Positions 49,101-57,000 of a stretch of 64,000 nt of DNA are shown here, piece after piece (position 1 is the stretch's first letter; the number at the start of each line of letters is the position of its first letter). This DNA comes from an uncultured Candidatus Saccharibacteria bacterium (GTDB taxonomy: Bacteria; Patescibacteriota; Minisyncoccia; Phycocordibacterales; WO2-35-19), in NCBI GenBank assembly GCA_964589445.1, contig CAZPQX010000001.1:28600-92599 (forward strand). The letters run 5' to 3'. Made by a program: the position numbers and the translations under genes. The notes beneath the pieces were generated by a model, which saw nothing but the letters and a program-made list of their open reading frames with translations, had not been told where the DNA came from and ran no database searches.

Positions 49101-49423
49101 TCAACCTTACCGTCACCGCCTCCAACAGGACCCGTTTGTTTCCTTAGGTTGGGCTGAATCACGAGCTGACAAAGTTTTCGTGCAAACTCTTCGAAATCGT
49201 ACTCTTGCTTCTTAATCGATAATGTCTCTAAATGGTACTCCAGTTCCAAACTATTGAGCTGTGATTCTTTTATCACTTCCGTGTCTGAAAAACTACCCGG
49301 TCGTCGTTTTTCCATGAAGCTTCGTGGAGAAAAGTTTGTACCATCATTTTCGCGTTTAACTTTTTGTTTCATAATCTTTTTAATTACTAAACACCTTCGT
49401 ACACACCTCCACCAAAAATCCAT
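46055..49423 (-). CDS. large (about 1100 aa) cytoplasmic hypothetical protein, no recognisable domains
   Basis: Long uninterrupted ORF with native AT-rich codon usage; the real start may be an internal Met near 49372; no P-loop or nuclease motifs found. Confidence 0.55.
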   Translation of the reverse strand: MDFWWRCVRRCLVIKKIMKQKVKRENDGTNFSPRSFMEKRRPGSFSDTEVIKESQLNSLELEYHLETLSIKKQEYDFEEFARKLCQLVIQPNLRKQTGPVGGGDGKVDTETAPVSEVIKDTHYFGVEKVPNERWGFAFSTTVNWKTKVDGDVKKMIEVGRDYKRLFFVTSRFVKADQRAKVEDALTKQYGVPVTIHDRTWIIDKVFGNRLQYLAIEELKIDPAYKEIVRIGPRDTDRQAAFEKMNKSIDEAVQEDRVNFAIVDDALSSAIVAAEMEKPKIEVEGLFARAKRLAEKYGSSEQSFNAKYNEIWTLYFWYNDYDILINNYQEIESLTDGTVNFSVVERLNNLLGLMRTLAASTDKVEVSYTDSKKKIVQEKLEAFKNDESRPSAALQAEFMLIMLEIPWSRKDQNAMSEIFNNISDIVDRSKGLLGFPLERIYTLIGEINDVYSGNESFEKLQDKLVEVISERKSSTEAARVILERSMQHIDGKRFYKAISSLGKSLVPLYKEEERNGLVIALAHLSFTYEAVGLLWAARAAMLHAASYTTMDFHSKSEINKLQLLSYDRLRLLELRLGRVGYSLEWHQLNHIMNGQFIKSHEEKEKLLHDDMFYGAQLGLLLIKTPEEVLPSLEFLPDTLMSMDLDLAAHALIYRLCGKKALPQVLLEKMNDQEIDEYFDSHFTQPSQAQLSDKPSFYINDEVELKSIILGTTFIVKTKNCSPNIEIGEYILASLEGFLATTVEMDSHGNKSVVSITITKDEALGIKVSHEVKKDGAVTFNITCGDFNPHSLKRSEQESIYKDMFDAVVNIIGHSISFRDAHTDLEKLFRDEEVSVRAFTFASPLVVQGNVLGYKPKRDIKEWITETNKKYEYNESEAGKIKHDLLKQLRDDPDERDEKDAKDRKAIRHDQMENISIIEAHLWDEAGWEGIAYLVAPDEPPVLAVMFTNEDKAKAIFKNWQELLGKEDPENRMRVTTIMGFSKKNPLWYRFVISTNFANAEESKGKLVLNAGRTHTMTPQSLNNLNGFINSFKRWGFYLIAPSFIKDKQSFPPKIFFDHGIVKSSFINKNAWEIGTTDPDAMGLSPEDTDPVIPEGVSNPPVLDTIKKINEHYDLHQQNTTNNH

Positions 49424-49465
49424 TTGTGTCGCGGAGGTGGTTAAAGATTGTGCATCCGTATTTAA

Positions 49466-49885
49466 TCATATATTGAAATTAAAATGATTCACCGCGACCT
49501 CTTCGCCACCTATCGCGCGGTAAAATGCTACGGCTCCCTCATCTTCTGACTCGGCCTCGACAAAAATAGTCCCGACACCTCGTGCGCGCGCTTCTTGCTT
49601 CAATGCTTCCACAAGCTGCTTGCCCAAGCCTTTCTTTTGAAACAGAGGACTCACAGCAATGTCATAGACATACAATTCTTTTGTTCCATGAATTGGTGTC
49701 ATGAAAAATGCTACCAACCCACCAACAACATGCGCTTCCACCACCGCTCCCAAGATCACACATGAACTGTTTTTAATCATTGAGGATAAGTATTCATCTG
49801 TCGTGTTGTACGGAGACTCAAATGCAAGCGAAAAGGCAGTAGCAAGCTCTTTCAATTCAGCTATATTTTCTAATTTTTTTATCAT
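49466..49885 (-). CDS. GNAT family N-acetyltransferase
   Basis: 'IAVSPLFQKKGLGKQLVEAL' (Q/RxxGxG/A acetyl-CoA motif); start set at 'MIKKLENI', not at the longer tracked ORF. Confidence 0.75.
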   Translation of the reverse strand: MIKKLENIAELKELATAFSLAFESPYNTTDEYLSSMIKNSSCVILGAVVEAHVVGGLVAFFMTPIHGTKELYVYDIAVSPLFQKKGLGKQLVEALKQEARARGVGTIFVEAESEDEGAVAFYRAIGGEEVAVNHFNFNI

Positions 49886-50016
49886 AATTTGCTTATATAT
49901 AAACTCCATAATAAACAAAATAACTGAAATAATACAATGTAAATGTCTATATATTTGGAAAATAAGTGTTTTTATGTAAAAATAGTCTGGTACAAGCATT
50001 TTGTACGAAAACATAC

Positions 50017-50105
50017 GGAGACGTGTCAGAGTGGTCTAATGTGCCTCTTTGCTAAAGAGGTGTGCCCTTTAAAAGGCACCGACGGTTCGAATCCGTCCGT
50101 CTCCG
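50017..50105 (+). tRNA. tRNA-Ser (anticodon GCT)
   Basis: Manual fold: acceptor GGAGACG/CGTCTCC, anticodon stem CCTCT/AGAGG with loop TTGCTAA, long variable arm 'gtgccctttaaaaggcac', T-arm GACGG-TTCGAAT-CCGTC, discriminator G. Confidence 0.9.
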
Positions 50106-50180
50106 CATTGACAACCTGTTAGTTTTGTTGACCCATATGCTCGATGCCGAGCTGTGACCCACAAAGCTACAGTTGTAAGA

Positions 50181-50207
50181 AAAAGAGCGAACAATCGCTC
50201 TTTTTCT
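50181..50207. terminator. hairpin aaaaagagcga...tcgctcttttt between tRNA-Ser and the first island gene
   Basis: 7-bp stem flanked by A-run and T-run (bidirectional). Confidence 0.4.
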
Positions 50208-50215
50208 TTTACTAC

Positions 50216-50806
50216 TCAACCTGCCTTCGGTAACGGAACTACTAGCTCAAAGCCATTAGCACTGGTGTTGTGCGGATCCTCAGCAAGACCAATACAGAAC
50301 GTATTAAGCGGACTTTCCGGTAGATCTATCGTACCCATCCCTTCCGTTGGTTGATATCCTCCTGCCGTAAACGGCAGACCGTTCTCCCCGAGGAAGGAAA
50401 AGATAATAACAACGCTGTTCGTGTTGGTCGGCGGCGTAAGCACAAGCGGGTTTGGCTTCGGCTGGTCGTTATCGAGTGTCTGCCAATCCTTTATGCGAAT
50501 CATAAAAAGCACGCCCGAGACAGGTAACGGCACTTTGTAAAATGCTCGTTCCGTCTTGCCGTTTACAATCTCTTTCACTTCGAGCAGGTTGTCTGGGAAC
50601 TTGTACGAGATGTCGAGGGTTGTCGGGTCGGTGCGCTTGATAGGAACAGGTAATGTAGTTGGCACATCCGTGCCTCTCGTCAGGTCGGCTATCTTGTTCT
50701 TGAAAGAGAGCTTGAGACAGCCGCGTCCCTGCGCGTCCTTGAAATACAGAAGCGATCCGAGGTATTTATTGCCTATCAGTAGATGTGACTTGATCTCGTT
50801 GCTCAT
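50216..50806 (-). CDS. hypothetical protein (196 aa)
   Basis: ORF with island-type composition; no motifs. Confidence 0.45.
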   Translation of the reverse strand: MSNEIKSHLLIGNKYLGSLLYFKDAQGRGCLKLSFKNKIADLTRGTDVPTTLPVPIKRTDPTTLDISYKFPDNLLEVKEIVNGKTERAFYKVPLPVSGVLFMIRIKDWQTLDNDQPKPNPLVLTPPTNTNSVVIIFSFLGENGLPFTAGGYQPTEGMGTIDLPESPLNTFCIGLAEDPHNTSANGFELVVPLPKAG

Positions 50807-51293
50807 ATTCGTTTATGCGCTGGGCTAGTTCAGCAGGATCAAAGCGACCTTTGTTTTCTATTCGGAGCAGTGGCACGCCCGCATCAGCTAAAATGCGCTC
50901 CACCTCTTTGTCTCGCTCCTGTCGGTCAGGTCGTTCATGACTTTTGTCGTCTAGCTCAATGGCGAGCTTGGGCGAAATGTACGCCTTGTCGCACAGCACG
51001 AAATCAACGGACTTGCGGTTGATGTGTGCGAGTGCCGCACGCCAGTCCTGTCCCTTCACTTTGTTATCAAGAATGGTCGGGAGATGCACCTGTGCGAAGA
51101 CGTAGTATTTGTCGCCAACAGCGGCAATGAGTGCACCATAGAATTCGTGCTCAGCACGAGTGAGGAAGAATTGCTTACGGGTGTAGCGATACTTTGGTTT
51201 CTCGCGTTCTTCGCCGCCTTCAACAACCGCCTTGAGAATAGCTAGAGCTATGAAGAGGACTATGACGATTCCTGCGAGGATATAAATATTCAT
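50766..51293 (-). CDS. DUF2726-like (restriction-endonuclease-fold) protein with N-terminal TM helix
   Basis: 175 aa; 'YYVFAQVHLPTIL...VDFVLCDK...IELDDKSH' fits the DUF2726/PD-(D/E)xK-like family often seen in defence islands. Confidence 0.5.
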   Translation of the reverse strand: MNIYILAGIVIVLFIALAILKAVVEGGEEREKPKYRYTRKQFFLTRAEHEFYGALIAAVGDKYYVFAQVHLPTILDNKVKGQDWRAALAHINRKSVDFVLCDKAYISPKLAIELDDKSHERPDRQERDKEVERILADAGVPLLRIENKGRFDPAELAQRINEYEQRDQVTSTDRQ

Positions 51294-51302
51294 CCGATTT
51301 CA

Positions 51303-52061
51303 TTAAGAGGACGCTGCTTCTTTAAAGCGGCTCACTTTGCCGTCGTGGATGTCTATCATGAAAGAAAGCAACATGTCGTAAACCAAAAGCCAGAGACCTC
51401 CATTCTTAGTTCCTCGTACGCGCGCTAACCACATGTTATGATTTGATATTTCATCCGCTTTGAAAGAATAGTCCTCCGAGAAAAAACCACCCTTTTCATT
51501 CTTCGCAATTTTATTAATGCAATCTTCTATCAGTTTTACGTATTCTGGGAATGGCTTCCAAAGTGCCATTTCATAAGCCGCCTTGACCATGTGAGAACCA
51601 TAGTTGCCGTTCTGTAGCTGTATGAGAAATTCATCATGCTCTGATTTGGTCTTGGCATACTTCGTAACCTCTACTTTCGTAAGATTCTCGAGGTATTCCG
51701 TTATGTATGGTTGGTTCCTCTCAACGAATTCTGAAACGGCCTTGTCGCTTACCTCCAGTAACTGAATTGAATTCAACAGGTTGATTAGCGCACTTACTCT
51801 AGAAAAAAGATTCTCCGATTTAAGCTCATTTATTTGTCGCTCAATGAGAGCCACAATCGCAGGCGGAATCTGATTGCCGTCTTGGCTCAGGATAAATTTG
51901 ACCTCACCTATAAGCTCTTCAATTTGCTTCCTTGAGTCGTGAATTATCTCAAGCTGTTCCTTTGAGGTCTTGGTTGCAAATTGATCAAAATATTGGACGG
52001 ATTTTATCTTGTTCATACACTTAATGTTATCAAAATTCGTTTCCTTTATCCAGAAAGGCAT
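51303..52061 (-). CDS. hypothetical protein (252 aa)
   Basis: ORF abutting the recombinase gene. Confidence 0.45.
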   Translation of the reverse strand: MPFWIKETNFDNIKCMNKIKSVQYFDQFATKTSKEQLEIIHDSRKQIEELIGEVKFILSQDGNQIPPAIVALIERQINELKSENLFSRVSALINLLNSIQLLEVSDKAVSEFVERNQPYITEYLENLTKVEVTKYAKTKSEHDEFLIQLQNGNYGSHMVKAAYEMALWKPFPEYVKLIEDCINKIAKNEKGGFFSEDYSFKADEISNHNMWLARVRGTKNGGLWLLVYDMLLSFMIDIHDGKVSRFKEAASS

Positions 52062-53413
52062 TATTCCTCTACCAGAGTAATCTTCTTGTCATTCAGCACC
52101 AGCCTCGACCGCAAGTGACCCATTAATTCGCGCTTCTCAAGCGGCGTTCCTTCGCGTAGCACATACTTGGCGTATTCGCGCGTGGCAATGTCATCCTCGT
52201 CGATCTGCATCTTCGGCTTGCCTTTGACCGCCAACCTTTGCAGTCGGTTGAATCGCTTGATTTCTTCCTCAAGTTTCATTCGCATACCAAGTTCATTCAT
52301 GTTCAGCCTATCGATGATCTTGAATAGCTCCTCGACTAATTCCTCCTCGCGTATGTATTTATTCTTGCAGTTACGATCCCTTGCCTTCGAGCAAGAGTAG
52401 TAGACGTACTTTGCGTTTGTTCCGTCCTTGAGCAGTTTGTATTTCTCCTGCGCCGTTATCCCTGACCCGCACATGCCACAGGTGAAGAGCTTTGTGAAGG
52501 CGAACTCTCGGTTCTCTCTGACTATCTTGTCTCGCTTCAGCTGTTCCTGCACCTTCCTGAACAGCTCCTCGGTTATCAGTGGCTCATGCGTGCCTTGATA
52601 CCACTGTCCTGAGTTTCGGGGATACTCAAATGGTCCATAGTAGATCGGCATCTGGAGCATTCGATACACTCCACTCAATGTTAGCGGCCTGTTGCCGCGA
52701 GTATGGAAGTTGAGGTCGAAGCGGAGCCAGTTGTATACCTTTCGTCCCGACCATTGTTCATACGCCACTTTCTCGAACATTTGCTTTACGATTGGCGCGC
52801 GTTGCGGATCGACGACGATCCTGCATTTCTTGTCCATGAGCTTTTGATTCAAGTATCCGAGCGGTGCCATGCCTGGCCACAATCCCATCTCCACTCTCGT
52901 TCGCAGTCCTCGCTTAACGTTGATACCTCGATTGTCGTTCTCCAATTTTGCTTGGCTTCCAAGGATCATCAGAAGAAACTTCTCGTTCGGGTTATTGCCG
53001 AACGTCTGTCCGAAAGTTCGGATCATGTGTAACTTTCCTGCATCCATCAAATCCACGATTCGTCCGAGATCTCCGGCATTTCTTGAGATGCGATCCGGTG
53101 CCCATGTGAGAATTCCGTTGTATTTGCCGTCCCTGACTTCTTCGACTATTTCATTGAACACTGGCCGTTGACCTGTCTCCTTAGCCGAGTGACTTTCTCG
53201 CTTCATGGTCACGATCTCCAGACCCTCCCGTTCCGCGAGCTGGAGCATCTCCTTGATCTGGCTGTCGATACTCAAGACTTGCCGTTCCTCAGACTCGCTA
53301 CTCTTTCTTGCGTAAAGGCAGTATTTCACCTTTACGGGGATTGCTTCTTGTTTGGCAGCCATCCCATGCGGCGCTTGTATTGTGTTATTCATACAACAAC
53401 ATTGATGACGCAA
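52061..53413 (-). CDS. large serine recombinase (integrase)
   Basis: 'LYARKSSESEERQVLSIDSQ' catalytic Ser motif; resolvase domain, recombinase domain and Cys-rich zinc ribbon 'CGMCGSGI...YYSCSKARDRNC'; true start probably an internal Met ('MAAKQE'). Confidence 0.85.
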   Translation of the reverse strand: MRHQCCCMNNTIQAPHGMAAKQEAIPVKVKYCLYARKSSESEERQVLSIDSQIKEMLQLAEREGLEIVTMKRESHSAKETGQRPVFNEIVEEVRDGKYNGILTWAPDRISRNAGDLGRIVDLMDAGKLHMIRTFGQTFGNNPNEKFLLMILGSQAKLENDNRGINVKRGLRTRVEMGLWPGMAPLGYLNQKLMDKKCRIVVDPQRAPIVKQMFEKVAYEQWSGRKVYNWLRFDLNFHTRGNRPLTLSGVYRMLQMPIYYGPFEYPRNSGQWYQGTHEPLITEELFRKVQEQLKRDKIVRENREFAFTKLFTCGMCGSGITAQEKYKLLKDGTNAKYVYYSCSKARDRNCKNKYIREEELVEELFKIIDRLNMNELGMRMKLEEEIKRFNRLQRLAVKGKPKMQIDEDDIATREYAKYVLREGTPLEKRELMGHLRSRLVLNDKKITLVEE

Positions 53414-53445
53414 CCCTCCCTAGGAGTCCAGAGCGTCCCACATCC

Positions 53446-53778
53446 CTAAGAAGTTGGTAAATCGGTCGGCCTGAATTCCTCGATTTCTTTCCTGAGCCTC
53501 TCCATATCACTGAGTACTGCTGTATAGATTTTCTTTATCTTTTCTTTATCAAAATTTGATTCGTCGTTCTCTAAAAAATCGACAAGGTCATCGTCGAGGA
53601 AAGAAGCAAGCGATATGTACGCTCCCGCAAGAAGCTGCATTCGCTCTTTGATCGCTCGCTTCAAATGCTTCTTCGACTCAGGCAAGGAAGACATCCGGTT
53701 GAACGGCGTTGTGCCGGTCGGCTCATGGTATTTGAAATGCTTGCTCGCATCTATGATTGCCTCGATATCATCATTCAC
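53446..53778 (-). CDS. hypothetical protein (110 aa)
   Basis: ORF upstream of the recombinase on the same strand. Confidence 0.4.
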   Translation of the reverse strand: MNDDIEAIIDASKHFKYHEPTGTTPFNRMSSLPESKKHLKRAIKERMQLLAGAYISLASFLDDDLVDFLENDESNFDKEKIKKIYTAVLSDMERLRKEIEEFRPTDLPTS

Positions 53779-53873
53779 ATAGCAAGGGATGACGCTGATC
53801 CATTTATAAGTCCAGACCTATCGCTCTTCGCAAAAAGTCTAAGATGTTGTAAACTTATGGTAAGTCACTATTT

Positions 53874-54065
53874 ATGGCGAAACCGGATGACAAACTAAAG
53901 AAATTGCCGGATATACTGACGCTTAAGCAAGCCTCGGATGTTCTAAATGTTCATCCAAACACTTTGCGTAATTGGGACAAAAAAGGGGTTCTAAAAGCGA
54001 TAAGATATGGTGACCGTCGAGATCGCCGTTTTAAGAAGAGTGACCTCCTAAAGTTACTCAAATAA
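53874..54065 (+). CDS. excisionase/AlpA-family HTH DNA-binding protein
   Basis: 63 aa; 'LTLKQASDVLNVHPNTLRNWDKKGVL' helix-turn-helix typical of Xis/MerR-type small regulators. Confidence 0.6.
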   Translation: MAKPDDKLKKLPDILTLKQASDVLNVHPNTLRNWDKKGVLKAIRYGDRRDRRFKKSDLLKLLK

Positions 54066-54066
54066 A

Positions 54067-57000
54067 ATGGCTCGCTTCACTCGTAAATTTGATGCAAAGG
54101 CATATTGGGCAACGAAGCCTTACTGCACAGTTTGCAAGAACCACAAAGTGAAGGAAGGAAATATATGCTATGAATGCAAACAAGCGGCAATGAAACAAAA
54201 ACGCGAACTCAATAAGAATAACGAGGTAGAGATAGAGTCTTTTGCCTCTGCTGATATTGAGACTCCAGAGCCGCGAAAGAAGCGCGTTTCTAATATTTCA
54301 GCTGAGGCACAAAACAAAGTCGTTCGACTGTTTACATATTTGGAGAAGGCCCTCGCTGTCGATGATTCCATTGTTCGAGATTTTCGTACCAATACAGCAG
54401 CACCTTCTCCATGGTGGCTGGCAGACTATCCTACAGACCTCGAGAACCTAAGTATCCGCCCTTTTGATACTGAGAAAACTCCTGAAGGCGTGCAATCTAC
54501 TTCATGGCTGAAGGTGGAGAAGAAGAACATCAAGGCGGCACCTGAACTGCCAAGCCAACTTGAAGAGTGGATCGATGAGGTTAACCCACTACAAGAGCCG
54601 GTCGCTAAAGAAAAGGTAGATCGAAAAGTCCGCTTTGCTGACGACAAAGATCGTGAGAAGGAATTCAAGAATTTCCGGAAGAATTTTGAGCAAGGAGATG
54701 AAATTCCTGAAATCCTAAAAGATTGGGTGACAATCTTGCCAAACCAGTTGCCAGAATCAATCAGTGTGAAATACGTTCCTGATAATTGGGCGGATCATCC
54801 TGAGCTTGCAAAGTTGCTCGATGGATATACCGAAAATGAATGGAAGCCATGGGCAGAGCAGGTGAAGAAAGTCTATAAAGCAAATCTTCTCTACGATCAG
54901 CTCTATGCGCTCCGATTGCTCCTGAAGAACGAAGGAGATAACTACGAGCTCCTGTTGGGTCATGGTGTTTTGACCTGGCAACATCAGGGAGTAGGCACGA
55001 TCTACACTCCAGTTTTCCTAAGCCCTCTTACGCTCGATTTTGATGCGTCAAAACGAACGATTGAAATCAACCCTGATCCGATGTTCAGGAATTTCGTCGA
55101 GACCTCATCGCTCTACGAGACTGACAATCCGGCTGAAATGGATCTCATCACTTGGGGAGATACCATCAATGCCAATCCGTTCGACTTCTGGCATCTTGAA
55201 ACCCTCAAAGGTCAAGCACAGACGCTAGTCAACTACATCTCACCGGACGGAGAAGATAATTTTACTGACGAAATCGTATCTGCTCCTACTGCATCAAAAA
55301 ATCCAAGTATCTGGAACGCTCCGGTGATCTTTGCTCGAAAGCGAACCAACGATATGTGGTCAAAGTACGCGGCTACGATTCGCAAGGATATCGAGCAGTA
55401 CGGAGTCGAAGCGACTGAATTCATCACTGACCTTGTTGGTGAATATGACGAAACTCCTGTAGGTGCGCGTGATGGATCTGATGGTGAACGCATGGAAAGC
55501 GGTAATGTATCTATTCCGGAATCAGAACTCTACTTCCCATTGCCTTGGAATGACGAGCAGAAGCGAATCGCAGAAAGACTCGATGCAAATTATGGTGTCG
55601 TAGTTAAAGGCCCGCCGGGTACTGGAAAGAGCCACACCATCGCAAACCTGATCTCTCGCTTCTTGGCACAGGGTAAGAGCGTCCTAGTTACTTCACAGAC
55701 GAGTAAGGCCTTAGAGGTGTTGCGTGAAAAGCTTCCTGAAAATATCAGGAGTCTTGCCGTGTCCCAGTTGCAACAGACTGCGAAGCGAGACGATGTGCTC
55801 CAGCAATCGATTGGAGAGATCAGCTCTAATCTCGGCGAGAGAGATACTAAATTTAGTGAAGCACGCGCAGAGAATGTCCGCAGGGATCTTAAGAAAGTCC
55901 GAGAAGAAAAGGCTACCCTCGCAGCAAAGATTCGGCAGTACATCCTTACTGACTCATCGGAGAATTTGGTTATCGATGGTGAAGAAATAAAGCCTATCGA
56001 TGCGGCAAAATTTGTCGATAAGAATAAAGACAACGAGGCTATCGCTTGGTTTACCGACAAGGTTCCATTTGATTCCGCCCCTAACTTTACAGAGGAAGAT
56101 TTGCAGGAAATTTATGACCTCGCCAAGGATGTGGAGGAGGTAGATCGATCTCTTCACAAAGAAGATTTACCTGATCACTCGATCCTCCCTAATGAGGACG
56201 TGGTATTGAGCGCATTCGCTGCGCATCGTGATCTCAGTGCTAAATCTAAGGCCTCTGACGAAGCGTTCAGCAAGGCGAAGATCGATCAAGAGACGCTTGG
56301 TCAGCTATGGGAACTCCTCAGCAGGGCGAAGAAAGTCTTGGGATCTATAAATCAGGATTACGAGCAGGAAATCTTCGACGCCTGTGCGATTAGCCAGAAT
56401 GAGCGTGATAAGTGGTCTTCTATCCTCTCAAAGATTTCAGAAAAGATTCAAATCGTGGCGAAGGGAAAGAACAATGCTATTGGACATGTCATTACCGGAC
56501 AATCCAATCTTTCAACTCACGACCTTCGCGAGGCAGTCGAAGCGTTGTATGCAAAAGCATCAAAGGGAAAACTTGGAACATTTGGCAAGATGCTTCTCCC
56601 TGGAAATGCAAAGCGCATTCTTGAAACCTACAAAGTGGATGGAGCGGGACCTGATAGTCCTGAGAGAGTAGAAATCTTGCGAAATTCGATACTTGTCGAA
56701 GCCGCAGAACGTGAGATCAAGACGCTCCTAGAGCAGGGACTTTCAGCTCTCAAGAACCCTCTCGAAATCGATCTGGATCGTCTTGATCTGGTCAAGCTCG
56801 AGGTATTCGTTGCAAGCATTCAAAGACTTGCAAACTATCATTCTGATTTCGCTGGAATCAATACCTGTTTCAATGAGGTGAAGGAACTCTCTGATCTGTC
56901 GTTCACTAAGAAGACCGACATTGAGACCGCTATCGAACTTACTGCATCGCGTGCAGCCGCATTTGAGCTTAAGAATCTCGAGAAATCATTTACAGAATGG

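Noticed and set aside
52703-53449. Plus-strand ORFs 52703-53032, 52869-53171, 53168-53449
   Set aside because: Antisense to the serine recombinase gene in a GC-richer island where spurious open frames are common.
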